DNA of 49,983 nt, taken from positions 1 through 49,983 of the IMG/VR virus record IMGVR_UViG_3300025769_000189; one strand, written 5' to 3'. Every line of letters begins with the position of its first letter. Position 1 is the stretch's first letter. Made by a program: the position numbers and the translations under genes. Below, piece after piece: positions 7,576 through 17,701 of this stretch. The notes beneath the pieces are model-generated. The model searched no databases. It was not told the origin of the DNA and was given only the letters and a program-made list of their open reading frames with translations. The stretch is from a virus (Duplodnaviria > Caudoviricetes).

Positions 7576-9974
7576 TAATTTTTTCTCATTTTTGCTAATT
7601 GCTGCTGATTTTGTATTCTCATTTCTGCTATACCTAAGTTTTGATCAAGTTTTGCTTGATCTATTTGTGCTTTTTGCGCTAATTTAGCTGTATCGAGAAC
7701 ACTTCTACCTTCATCGTACTGTGCTTTTCTCATAGCATCTTGTTCTTTTATATCTAATTCACGATTTTTAAGTTCTACAAGAGGGTCTTGACCACTTCCT
7801 TCTAAATATTCTTGTTCTTCTGCTACAATTTCTTCAGTTATCTGTGCTTCCATTTCTGCAATTTGTGATTCTAGCATAACTGTTAATTGTTTTTGAACTT
7901 CAGGAGGCATTTGATCTCCATATTGTTGTGCAACTTTTTCTAACATTTCTTTGTTTTGTTCCATAACCATTTGTCTTGCTAAAAATCCTATGTGTTGAGA
8001 AATATGTGCTTGAAGAGAAGCCATTGCAAGCATGCTTGAACGAACTAAACTAGATGACATAAATGCCCTATGTGCTTTTATATGAGCAGAATGATTTTGC
8101 TCTGGATATGCTTGTAACTCTTGGGCTTTTAAAGCATCAGAATTTTCTATAGCTGGATCTTTAGGAGCAGGTTTAGGAGGTGGTTTTAATATTGCTTGAA
8201 TATTTTGAACTCCTAATGCTTGATACATTCTTCTGTAGGCTTCATATATATTATGTATTTGAGGATTAGTTTGTGATAATTGTAATTGTGCTTGAGCTAA
8301 CTCAATACGTTGAGACATAGAAAATATACTTGGATCACTTACTGGAATAATATCTACTCTTTCATCAAAATCTTGTTGTTTAATCATTTTATTTCCACCC
8401 ACTACATTGTAAGGATACTCAGGTGGTAAGTACGTTTGAAATACTTTTGCTAATAATTTAAATTCTATTCTTTGAGCATAATGCATTCTTTTATGTATAG
8501 CGCTCATAACCTTAGTGCCTTGCTCAATCATAGCCATTGTAGTTCCTACAGGATTAGCTTGATTAGAATCTCCTACTTTAGCATCAGCTACAGCAGCAAA
8601 TCTTTTTCCTGCATCTACACAAAAACCAAGTAACATAAATAATGTTTGACTAGGTTCTTTGTAAGGTAATGGAAGTAGTCCGGCTCGTAAATCACCAGAT
8701 GGTGCATCTACATCCCTGAATTCTCCTGGTTGGATGGGGTTATCATCGTCTGCAACTCGCAACCCTCTCGCTTTAAATCCTGCAGGGAGATTGGACAACG
8801 TACCAGCATCAATGAGTTGACGGAGAGCGGACGTAGCTGTCCTGGAGAGACCCCCGAGCATGTGGATAAGACCAAAGCCATAAAAGCCAAGACCAGGCAA
8901 GAACTTATAATGTACAAAATATTGAATTTTTTTTCTAAGCGGATCATTTTCTTTGTAGTTTCTATATATTGATAATACTTTTCCAGATCCTTCGTCTATA
9001 GTAATAATATATGGAACTCTTATACCGGTTGCTGCTCCTGTTGTAACGTCTCTATCTTCAAACCCTGGTATGTTTAAATCACAATGTATTTCAAATAATG
9101 TGTATTCATTATCATCTTCTTCTCCATAAGTAGTAGAACTTACTCCAGATACATTTTGATATTCTTCTTGAATTGCATTTGTTCCTGTTAATGATGGTCT
9201 AATTTCTACATCTCTGTAAAAACCAGATACTTGATTTTTTCTAACGTCATTATATGTTTGTTTTACAATATGTGTAATTCTTGGAGATGATGCTAAATCT
9301 GTTGCATAAAAAGGAACAATTAAATCTTCACATGGAATAAAAGAAGCTTTAGCTCTTTGTTCTTGACCATCAAAATAAACTTTTTTAAATGCCGATCCTG
9401 CTAATCCTAAATTAAATAATAATTGATCCATTTCAGGATCATATTCTTCCATAACATTTGTGATTTGATAATTCATAAAATCTTTAACTCTTTGAGCTTG
9501 ATCTTCTGAATCAATTGTATGGTCTCCTACAATGTTACATTTTACAGGACCTCCTGGAGGTAGTAACTCTTTATAGGCTTGTGCTTGAAACTGTGTCGCT
9601 GATTCAGCGAGTAATGGATGAGTAACTCCACTAGCTCCTTGAAAAGGTCTAGCTCGTTCTTCATATTTAAATCCTAATAGTTTTATTCCGTCGACATATG
9701 ATCTTTCCCAATCTTGTCTAGAGGATTTATCCATTTCATAATCTCCTCTAAGATTATCTGATATTTTTTCTGATTCATCATCAGATATAAATTCTGCTAA
9801 ATTAGCTCCAAATGGTATTTCTTCTGATTCAGGTTGTTCTTCTACAAATCCTTCTTCTTCTATTTGTATTTCTATATCAGGAGATCCTTCTTCATTAACA
9901 GGTAATATACCTGCCATTTTATCAACTTCTATTTCTTCTGATGTTGTATTGGGTAATGCTTTATCTATGGCCAC
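7575..9974 (-). CDS. Portal protein (P22-like, with C-terminal coiled-coil barrel)
   Basis: ANLAE, SR.DWE, PF.GASGV.HPLLAE, GSAFKKVY, YFVHYKFLPGLGFYG.GLIH, LRQLIDAGTL.NLPAGFKARG; GTG start. Confidence 0.92.
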   Translation of the reverse strand: MAIDKALPNTTSEEIEVDKMAGILPVNEEGSPDIEIQIEEEGFVEEQPESEEIPFGANLAEFISDDESEKISDNLRGDYEMDKSSRQDWERSYVDGIKLLGFKYEERARPFQGASGVTHPLLAESATQFQAQAYKELLPPGGPVKCNIVGDHTIDSEDQAQRVKDFMNYQITNVMEEYDPEMDQLLFNLGLAGSAFKKVYFDGQEQRAKASFIPCEDLIVPFYATDLASSPRITHIVKQTYNDVRKNQVSGFYRDVEIRPSLTGTNAIQEEYQNVSGVSSTTYGEEDDNEYTLFEIHCDLNIPGFEDRDVTTGAATGIRVPYIITIDEGSGKVLSIYRNYKENDPLRKKIQYFVHYKFLPGLGFYGFGLIHMLGGLSRTATSALRQLIDAGTLSNLPAGFKARGLRVADDDNPIQPGEFRDVDAPSGDLRAGLLPLPYKEPSQTLFMLLGFCVDAGKRFAAVADAKVGDSNQANPVGTTMAMIEQGTKVMSAIHKRMHYAQRIEFKLLAKVFQTYLPPEYPYNVVGGNKMIKQQDFDERVDIIPVSDPSIFSMSQRIELAQAQLQLSQTNPQIHNIYEAYRRMYQALGVQNIQAILKPPPKPAPKDPAIENSDALKAQELQAYPEQNHSAHIKAHRAFMSSSLVRSSMLAMASLQAHISQHIGFLARQMVMEQNKEMLEKVAQQYGDQMPPEVQKQLTVMLESQIAEMEAQITEEIVAEEQEYLEGSGQDPLVELKNRELDIKEQDAMRKAQYDEGRSVLDTAKLAQKAQIDQAKLDQNLGIAEMRIQNQQQLAKMRKN

Positions 9975-12900
9975 TAAACTGCTACTCCTAATATGTCTAC
10001 TTCAGCTAATGCTGAATATTTGTTAATGTTGGTTTTACCACCTTCTTTATACTCTCTGAAACCCAATTTTGCTAGAAGTTTTCTTTCAAAGCCTTTGAGT
10101 TGTCTAAGGTCTATAACAATTCCAGGTTTTATTGCAGCCTTGTTACCAGGTATATTACCATAAGAAAAAGGTTTGAGAGGATTATCTTTATCTAAACCTT
10201 TTTTGTAAAAGTTGGGGTCATCTAATTTAAAATCTTGTTTAACATTATTTATTTTATAATTAAAATCTCGGTGTGTTTTAGAATTTTTAGGCCATGAAAT
10301 CCACATATCAACATCATCTCCCGATTTAACAGAAAAAGGTTGTGAATTAATTCCTAAACTTTCTAATCTTTTTGTATAATCTTCTAGTAATGAATTAGCT
10401 GCTCGTAAAGAATTCTTACGATATATATTATTAAAAGCTGATGCTAAATTAATTCCACTTCCTTGTTCATATCCCATAACAGCTTCTGGTAAAGGAATAG
10501 CAACAAAATCTTTTCCTCCTTGTATAGCAAGTTCAATTTCTCTTTTTAGTATTTCTTTAATCATATCTTCTTGTTGTCTAAAAGGTATGTCAGGCATTCC
10601 TGTTTCTTGAGTAGGAGTTCCTGAAAATTCTGAGTTAATTCTATCTTCTTCTTTTTTAATTTTAGCAAAAGCTTTATTGCCTTGTTGTTGCATAAAGTTT
10701 TCCATGTTTCCAAAGTCAGATAATATTTTTTCTTTTACTTGTAATAAGTTTGGATCGTTATCTGGAACACTATTTACTCGTTGCATCAAAGCCTGTTGAT
10801 TCTGAGGTAGATTGTAATCAGTAGCATCATCTACATCGGACTTAATTAATAACTTTTTAAGTTCGCTATTAAATATTCTATTTTGTTGTGATTTTAGAGT
10901 GTTTAATTGTGTTGTTAATGCAGCTGCCTGTTCTCCAGACACTTCTGCTTTAAATACAGGTCGATCACTTTTTGCTATTTGTTTTAAAACATCAAATTGC
11001 ATCTCATCAAGAAAGGTTCCAGTCTGTCCATCTAAAGTTGTTCTGTCGGTTTTTCTTACATGAGCTAACTCATTTTTTTGACCCATATGAGAACTTGTTA
11101 CATCGTTAGTATCTTTTTGTCCTTTTAATGGATTGTAAGTGTAGACATCTGTTTTATGTGTTTTTTGTGCAGCATCACCTGGTAATGTAATAGTAGCGTG
11201 ATTGTTTGTAGTTCCATAGTCTCTTCTTAAATTTTTTAAATTAGTTAAGAAAGTACGAACACCAGCTCCTGTTTGTGTTTTAGGTAATATATCTTGTGCT
11301 GCTTGAAAAACATTTAATGCAAAATTATCTGCGTTAACGTTGTTCATCATTGGAGTCCATGCATTTCCTCCTGTATCTTTTTCTACTCTTTTAACAATGT
11401 TAGCTAAAGTAAGATCAATCTTATCATTAAGTAAAGCGTCTTGTGCATCACTTAATCTTCCTCCATTGTTTTCTAAAACTTTTAAATAATAATTACCAAA
11501 ACGATTTGTTGTTTCTAAAATAAAACTTTGTGTAGCTTTAGGAAGAGATCCTCGATACATACTAGCACTTCCCATCCAACTAGAACTACTATTAACATTT
11601 AAAAAATCATTGTATTGATTTCTAATAGTGTCAAACTCAGGGATAAGATCAAGTTCAGATGTATTACCCATACGAATAGGTTTTGTATTTATCTGTGTTC
11701 CTTTTTCTGCACGCAATTTAACTAATTGTTCTGTTGTTAGTTTGTTATTTTTATTAACAAACAAGGTGTAACCAAATCCACCTTTATCTAATTCTTTTGT
11801 ATGACCTCTATTTTTTAATTCACCAATCCATTGTGCTCCTGTTTTACTTTCTGTAGGTGCATAGTTCTCTACTATATCTTCAAACATTAAAGAGTAACGA
11901 GAAAAGTCTCCTGTTTTTTCTGCTTGGATGCGTGGATTTTTTTCAATAATAGGAAGATTATCTACAGGAGTAGTGCTTTCTGGATAATTTTTATTTAAAT
12001 ATAAATTTGCATCTTTTTTTGTTTTAAAAACTTTAACACTTCCATCAGGTTCTTGTATTTTCCAAGGATAAGATAATTTACTTTGTTTGGATTTGTAATC
12101 TGTTTTACCTTTCCATTTGCCTGCATTAATTTGTTTCATTACATCAGTAGCTTCATTAATAGAATTAAACGAACCTATTAATTCTTCTCCATCATACAAC
12201 TCTAGTTTTTTAGTATTAGGATTAAGACGAGAAGTAAAACCAAGACCAACCTGTTTAGGTTTACCCAGTGGCTGTACAATAACTGTTTCCACAGATTCTG
12301 CTGTAGTAACTGGAGCAGGTTTTTCTGTTTTCTTTAAATCATCTTTTACTTTTTTAACATTGTTTATAGCTTTAATTTTACCGGCGTTTGACACCGGTCC
12401 GCCCGCTACAGGCATTGCTAACATCGTATTTAATTCTGCTTGTAATTTATTTGCTTTATCTTCCTCAACTCCAAACACACCTTCCGCCGTATCTGCTGCA
12501 AATGCGCCAGGGAGCCTGAATGCGGTATCAAGAATATCAAATGCTTTTTCTCCGTAAGGTGCGATTGTATTCCAAATCCCTCTTGATAGAGGGTCAAGAT
12601 TTTTTAAGATAGGTAAATTTTCTGCTGCGTATTCATTACCAAATCCTGAACTAACACCAGTCAGCATTTTACCATTCCATAATGTACCAAGAGTCCTGAG
12701 AGATCCTACTTTATCCCCGACCCCCTCTTCAATAAATCCTTGAATTGCTTCTACTGAATTAGTAGGATTACCTTCAGCAAACTTACCACCTTCTTGGAAA
12801 GGAGATATCAATGTATCTTTTGTTACCGAAGGATCTAATAAATAATTTAATAATTCTTTCATGTCCGCTTTAGTTTCTAAATTTTTACCTAAAGTTAAAT

Positions 12901-14308
12901 TAAATGTATTTTTGTTTTTTCCAGATAAAGCTATAGCTTTTGGATTATATATTGAATAAGAACTTTGGGCTTTTACATTTTTTAAACCGTCATCAATTTT
13001 ATTTAATATATTTGTTATTGAATCCGCATTTTTAGATTTGTTTCCTATTTCTAAAAACTCAGTAAATTGTCTAGGACTTGTAGAAACTCCTTCACCCAGA
13101 TTCATTGTCATATTATCAAAAGGATCGACTCTTCTTGTAGCTGTTTTATATCCTTGAGTAGTAAGAGGCCTGTTTGCATATGACAGAGGTTTTCCAGTCA
13201 TAACATTTTCTGCTAGGTCATCAAAAAATACTTGTACTTTTCTATTAACAAAACTTGGTGACAAATATAAATATTCAGGATTACCTGCTTTATCTAATAA
13301 CTCACTAGCAGGATTCATTCTTGCTGTTTGACTAACAGGAAATTTGTGAGCGAAATCTATAACACCGGATCCTACATCATCTCCATACTTAGTATACACT
13401 TCAATTAAATCATCTGCATAACTTTCCAACATATCATCTCTATATTGAAACAAGTCATCCATTTGCTTAGAATATTTTCTTATAGAATCATTAAATGTAT
13501 CCATTACTTCTTGATGCTTAGGATGTTTTTTGTTTCTAATTATTTCGTCTAATTTTGCAGACCCTCCATGTTTGTTAACTAATCCTTTATAAGTAAATTG
13601 ATAAACTTTAGCTGCTCCCGAAGGTGTAGTTTTACCAATGCCAGGAAGTTCTGAAACTTTTTTAGAAGTTTGTCTTGTTGTTTTTATTCCTGGAAAAACA
13701 TTTGGAAAAGTAGTTTTCCAATTTTCTGCTTGTTTAATTTCTTTTGATAAATTTTTTACTAAAGGAGTTTTTTCTTTTTTAATAGCACTAGCTAATGCAG
13801 TAGTATCAGCTTTGTAATTAGCTCTTAATCCAATTTCAAAATCAGCTAAGTCATCTATTTCATTAGCCATCTTTAATTGTTCAGGGTTCAGGGTTGATTT
13901 ATCCATACCTCTGGTATGTGTTACTCCCATCTTAGATAACTGATTTTTTATTCTACTCGCTGCAGAAAGAATTTGTTTAGAAGCATCCTCTCCTAAGGCT
14001 CTTAATTGACTTACTCCTAATTCTGCATTTTTGCTAATTCCTCCTCCAGTTAAAATATCAGCACCTTGAATAACGTAACTAATTTTCTTTTTTGGATTAA
14101 ATATAAAATTACCAAGCTTATTGGTTATGTTCGTAACACTTTTATTAAATTTAGAATTAAGATAACTATCAATCTTAGCATTGCCAGTTTTGTATATATC
14201 TTGAGTATTACCAATTTTAGATATTTTTTTATCATTAACATCTGATCTATCGACAGGGGAATCTAAAATACCTGAATCAAATTGTGGTACACCTGATAAA
14301 TCAACCAT
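9974..14308 (-). CDS. Large multidomain (polyvalent-type) putative virion protein
   Basis: 1444-aa ORF coupled to terL and portal. HNH-like DFAHKFP...NPEYLYLSPSFVN; C-terminal H...N.LAHVR..DR...DG....LDEMQ.D and PF......LK.....A...G.D..A motifs recalled from phage large polyvalent proteins. Confidence 0.7.
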   Translation of the reverse strand: MVDLSGVPQFDSGILDSPVDRSDVNDKKISKIGNTQDIYKTGNAKIDSYLNSKFNKSVTNITNKLGNFIFNPKKKISYVIQGADILTGGGISKNAELGVSQLRALGEDASKQILSAASRIKNQLSKMGVTHTRGMDKSTLNPEQLKMANEIDDLADFEIGLRANYKADTTALASAIKKEKTPLVKNLSKEIKQAENWKTTFPNVFPGIKTTRQTSKKVSELPGIGKTTPSGAAKVYQFTYKGLVNKHGGSAKLDEIIRNKKHPKHQEVMDTFNDSIRKYSKQMDDLFQYRDDMLESYADDLIEVYTKYGDDVGSGVIDFAHKFPVSQTARMNPASELLDKAGNPEYLYLSPSFVNRKVQVFFDDLAENVMTGKPLSYANRPLTTQGYKTATRRVDPFDNMTMNLGEGVSTSPRQFTEFLEIGNKSKNADSITNILNKIDDGLKNVKAQSSYSIYNPKAIALSGKNKNTFNLTLGKNLETKADMKELLNYLLDPSVTKDTLISPFQEGGKFAEGNPTNSVEAIQGFIEEGVGDKVGSLRTLGTLWNGKMLTGVSSGFGNEYAAENLPILKNLDPLSRGIWNTIAPYGEKAFDILDTAFRLPGAFAADTAEGVFGVEEDKANKLQAELNTMLAMPVAGGPVSNAGKIKAINNVKKVKDDLKKTEKPAPVTTAESVETVIVQPLGKPKQVGLGFTSRLNPNTKKLELYDGEELIGSFNSINEATDVMKQINAGKWKGKTDYKSKQSKLSYPWKIQEPDGSVKVFKTKKDANLYLNKNYPESTTPVDNLPIIEKNPRIQAEKTGDFSRYSLMFEDIVENYAPTESKTGAQWIGELKNRGHTKELDKGGFGYTLFVNKNNKLTTEQLVKLRAEKGTQINTKPIRMGNTSELDLIPEFDTIRNQYNDFLNVNSSSSWMGSASMYRGSLPKATQSFILETTNRFGNYYLKVLENNGGRLSDAQDALLNDKIDLTLANIVKRVEKDTGGNAWTPMMNNVNADNFALNVFQAAQDILPKTQTGAGVRTFLTNLKNLRRDYGTTNNHATITLPGDAAQKTHKTDVYTYNPLKGQKDTNDVTSSHMGQKNELAHVRKTDRTTLDGQTGTFLDEMQFDVLKQIAKSDRPVFKAEVSGEQAAALTTQLNTLKSQQNRIFNSELKKLLIKSDVDDATDYNLPQNQQALMQRVNSVPDNDPNLLQVKEKILSDFGNMENFMQQQGNKAFAKIKKEEDRINSEFSGTPTQETGMPDIPFRQQEDMIKEILKREIELAIQGGKDFVAIPLPEAVMGYEQGSGINLASAFNNIYRKNSLRAANSLLEDYTKRLESLGINSQPFSVKSGDDVDMWISWPKNSKTHRDFNYKINNVKQDFKLDDPNFYKKGLDKDNPLKPFSYGNIPGNKAAIKPGIVIDLRQLKGFERKLLAKLGFREYKEGGKTNINKYSALAEVDILGVAV

Positions 14309-15804
14309 TAATAATATCTCTCCTCACCTGCATAATCAGGTATTCGTGGTTCTTCCCAATAATCATCAGGTAATGTAACAAAATTTCCTTGGCGAAAACG
14401 TAACACAGCTTGTGTTGTTGAGTCAACATAATCATCGTTGTCACCAAAGGGAAAGGCAGCACATTCCTCAATGACTTCTTGCGCCCACCGCTCATCAGGA
14501 ACCCATACCTGACCAGCTTCAAATACCGGTGCTACAGCGTTTACTCGTACATGCTTATCATTTCCTTTACTTGGTGTAAAGTTCGTAACTGGAATTCCGA
14601 TCTGTCTTAGTTCATGGGTCAGGGGCAATCCACTCGCTTTAGCTTCAATAATAATTGTCTCAGGCTCATACTCTTTATACTTAGCCAAGGCCTTACGTTT
14701 TAGTTCTGGAAAATCCCATCTACCTTTAACGGCATCAAGTAAAATCAAATACACTTTACCATCAGCTTCTGAGGTAAACACCCCCCACGTTGTAATGGCA
14801 CTGTAGTCAGCAGTTTCTTTTTTTGAGTACGCCGTATCATAACTTTGTATAATATGTTGAATATTATTAGGAGGAGTTTTAGATTCCCACTTCATCCACC
14901 ATTCTCTTTTAATAATAGATCCTTCTTCAGAGGTCGGTTGTTGCTGCCACTGTGCTTGCCACTTTTGTTCATTCAATGATGCTTTAACGGAGAGCAATTC
15001 ATCCTTCTTCCAATATTCAGGCCAACAAGGTTTTCCTGAATTAGGAAAGATTGCAGGGAATTCTATTAGATCCCATTGATCTGCTTTAACTTCTTTTTGA
15101 GCTCCTACTAATCTACCTGTCAAATCTTTGGTAGACCATCTTGTCATGACAATAACAATGATACCACCGGGCTGAAGTCTTTGTCGTGGTCCTGAGGTGT
15201 ACCACTCGTAGGCATTATCAAACGCCGTTTCTGATAAAGCATCTTGCTCGGAATGAGGATCATCAATAATGAGAAGATCTGCACCACGACCGGTGATAGC
15301 TCCACCTACCCCTGTTGCGAAATACTCTCCACCTTTATTGGTCTCCCATCTTCCTGCTGCTTTACTATCGGCTGATAGTTCGACATCTTTGAATACTCGT
15401 TTGTAATCTTCGTGATCCATCAGGTTTCTTACTTTTCTTCCAAAGCGGAAGGCCAGTTCGCCGGTGTGCGTTGCTTGTATGATCTTGGTTTTTGGTGCAT
15501 GGCCCATGATCCATGCTGGAAGTAAATAGGATGCAAACTCAGACTTCGTGTGCCTTGGAGGCATGTTCACGATCAAACGTTTCAGTTTCTTATCTTTCAG
15601 TTGCTGAAATTTTTCTGCAATTTTTTTATGATGGTATCCTGAAATAAACTCTGGCCATACTGCTTTAACAAAGTCCAAAAAATTTTCTTTTGCTTTAGCA
15701 GATGTATCTAATTCTTTTTGTCGAAGCTGTAACTTCAAAATTAGATCTTTAGCTTCTTCAGGACTTGTGGTGTCAAAATCCAAAGACATTCCTAGTATGT
15801 ACAA
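14308..15804 (-). CDS. terL: Terminase large subunit
   Basis: RLIVNMPPRHTKSE (Walker A), LLIIDDP (Walker B), VMTRW, SYDTAY...ADYSA, IEAKASG, DDYVDS RNase H-like nuclease. Confidence 0.96.
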   Translation of the reverse strand: MYILGMSLDFDTTSPEEAKDLILKLQLRQKELDTSAKAKENFLDFVKAVWPEFISGYHHKKIAEKFQQLKDKKLKRLIVNMPPRHTKSEFASYLLPAWIMGHAPKTKIIQATHTGELAFRFGRKVRNLMDHEDYKRVFKDVELSADSKAAGRWETNKGGEYFATGVGGAITGRGADLLIIDDPHSEQDALSETAFDNAYEWYTSGPRQRLQPGGIIVIVMTRWSTKDLTGRLVGAQKEVKADQWDLIEFPAIFPNSGKPCWPEYWKKDELLSVKASLNEQKWQAQWQQQPTSEEGSIIKREWWMKWESKTPPNNIQHIIQSYDTAYSKKETADYSAITTWGVFTSEADGKVYLILLDAVKGRWDFPELKRKALAKYKEYEPETIIIEAKASGLPLTHELRQIGIPVTNFTPSKGNDKHVRVNAVAPVFEAGQVWVPDERWAQEVIEECAAFPFGDNDDYVDSTTQAVLRFRQGNFVTLPDDYWEEPRIPDYAGEERYY

Positions 15805-15980
15805 TTTTTTTTAAAATTTTTCAACCAACTTGTTTTTCTGAAGTTGTGGGGGGAGTCCCTGACTGTGCAAAACAGTGATGCAAGGGGAGGCTATATGATA
15901 AGAGGGGGGAACGGGGCAGACTCAGGAGATTTTTCTGGGCGTGGTCGCCAAAAAATTTAACTAACTTTAATAATAGAAAA

Positions 15981-16000
15981 AGCCCAACGATTGTTGGGCT
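15981..16000 (-). terminator. Rho-independent terminator (leftward)
   Basis: AGCCCAAC-GATT-GTTGGGCT followed on the minus strand by TTTTCTATT. Confidence 0.75.
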
Positions 16001-16079
16001 GTGGGTAAATTGTAATGTGTATTTAATTTATTGGATCGGTGTTGTTGCAACAAACCAAAACCATAATAAGAAAAGAAGC

Positions 16080-16102
16080 AAGGCACTAGTGAGTAGTGCC
16101 TT
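16080..16102 (-). terminator. Rho-independent terminator after the 16123 ORF
   Basis: AAGGCACTA-GTGAG-TAGTGCCTT followed on the minus strand by GCTTCTTTTCTT. Confidence 0.7.
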
Positions 16103-16122
16103 ACATAAATAAATAATATACT

Positions 16123-16380
16123 TCATTGTTCTCTAGACAATCCGAAGTTAGTTGCTAACTTTGATGCGAGGTCAATACCAAATTGAGTAATGACTTCATT
16201 ATCTTTATTAGCCAATATGAATTGAAATATCTCTTGATCTAAAAACCCAGCCAGTAATTGCCAGTTAATCTGTTTATTCATATTGTTGACAATAGGCATA
16301 TCGCTATTGTTGGTACTAATGGGGTTATCCCCATTAGTTGTTATTAAACTATTTAATTGTGTTAGATCGAAGTTAGGCAT
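16123..16380 (-). CDS. Hypothetical early protein
   Basis: 85-aa ORF coupled (TAATG) to the upstream gene and followed by terminators. Confidence 0.7.
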   Translation of the reverse strand: MPNFDLTQLNSLITTNGDNPISTNNSDMPIVNNMNKQINWQLLAGFLDQEIFQFILANKDNEVITQFGIDLASKLATNFGLSREQ

Positions 16381-16748
16381 TAGCTACCTACTTTCAATAG
16401 TCTAACTAGTTCACTATCAACATTGTTAGCACTTCCACTAACATTTTTGATACCTACACTTACTGAAGTCTTGTAAGGTATAGTTAGCTTTTTAGAAGTT
16501 AATAGTTTTTTAACTTCCGATTGATTAAGTACATCTCTTTGGCTTTGAGATATAGCAAAAGTATCGTTGCCAAATTCAAATACAAAGTTTTTCTTATCAC
16601 TTACTAACTTATGATTACTAACGATTTCAGTAAATTCACTTCTTAGTTGAGATACTAACTTATCAATACTATTCTTAATGTCTAAAGCAGTTCTGTACTC
16701 AACAAGAGTAGCAATAGCTTTGTCATTTAATTTAGATTTTTTAGTCAT
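16380..16748 (-). CDS. Hypothetical early protein
   Basis: 122-aa ORF with AGAGG RBS and a promoter-like sequence upstream. Confidence 0.75.
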   Translation of the reverse strand: MTKKSKLNDKAIATLVEYRTALDIKNSIDKLVSQLRSEFTEIVSNHKLVSDKKNFVFEFGNDTFAISQSQRDVLNQSEVKKLLTSKKLTIPYKTSVSVGIKNVSGSANNVDSELVRLLKVGS

Positions 16749-16800
16749 AATAACCTCTTTCTAAATGGTTAAGTCAATTAATTAATTTAATTGATAACTA

Positions 16801-16829
16801 ACTAAACAACATCTTATAACAAATTGCAA
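16801..16829 (-). promoter_or_regulatory. Putative sigma70 promoter
   Basis: TTGCAA-17 nt-TTTAGT; spacer contains GTTATAA. Confidence 0.4.
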
Positions 16830-16989
16830 CATAATAAATAAATATTTGTGCATAACTTTCAAACCCATTCTATATAGATGACTAACTAATTTAATTGACA
16901 CGCCACAGGAATGCCGGCCGGCCGGAAAGTTTTACTATAAGGAAAAACCCCCAAAAAGGTTGCCGATCAGCGTATTTCAATTTGCTGCA

Positions 16990-17103
16990 TCAGAGCAGCA
17001 GAACCAGGAGCTGCTGCAGCAGTCCTTCCTGGAGCTGGGCTGCAGCGAACCAGGCGATCACTGCGATCCAAAAAATTGGCCAAAACATTAGCTTTTTCTC
17101 CAT
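16990..17103 (-). CDS. Small hydrophobic peptide, 37 aa (not in ORF track)
   Basis: MEKKLMFWPIFWIAVIAWFAAAQLQEGLLQQLLVLLL, lying between repeat copies 1 and 2. Confidence 0.45.
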   Translation of the reverse strand: MEKKLMFWPIFWIAVIAWFAAAQLQEGLLQQLLVLLL

Positions 17104-17266
17104 GCGTCATGCTTCCCATCACCTGCAACCATCTGTGCTTCAGGAAACGAATCATATATAATGGCTGTTTTCTGCGGGTTATTTTCAAAAGTTTTACAGA
17201 CCGGCCGGCCGGAGTTTTTACTATAAGGCATAGATCCACGAACGGCTGAAAACCAGCGTATTTCAA

Positions 17267-17608
17267 TCATGCAGAAGCCTCCAGCATCTGCTGCATCATC
17301 GACCAGGCCGCAGCGTCGTTGTTCACCAGAACATGCGCACCGTCTCCCCAATCTAGAAACCAATATTCCAAGCGGTGAATTTCTTTATGTTCGTTAACGT
17401 ATGCCCTGAGCTCATCCGATGGACCACCCCAACTAAACTGCCAGCGCCAGTAGCCTTCTATCTGATCATTAAATGTATTAGGCTCTACATAGTCAAAGCC
17501 AAGCGCTTCATACTCAGGGTCCTTCAGGTCCTCCTGCCTTTCTTTCCATTCTTGTGCGACCCTGTCGGCGCAGGTGGGCTCTCTTCTTAATACTGTTACT
17601 GTTTCCAT
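17267..17608 (-). CDS. Acidic Trp-rich early protein
   Basis: Start reassigned to ATG 17608 (AAAGGA RBS); GYWRWQFSWGGPSDELR...EYWFLDWGDGA motif. Confidence 0.8.
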   Translation of the reverse strand: METVTVLRREPTCADRVAQEWKERQEDLKDPEYEALGFDYVEPNTFNDQIEGYWRWQFSWGGPSDELRAYVNEHKEIHRLEYWFLDWGDGAHVLVNNDAAAWSMMQQMLEASA

Positions 17609-17672
17609 CTTGTTCCTTTCTTTAATGGGGGCGTTTGCAAAACTTCTAAACGGATTCGGTACCCCCACTACA

Positions 17673-17701
17673 TATATAGTTATAACTTATTATAATGTAA
17701 A
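17673..17701 (-). promoter_or_regulatory. Putative sigma70 promoter with palindromic operator
   Basis: TTTACA-17 nt-TATATA; AGTTATAACT palindrome at 17678-17687. Confidence 0.6.
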
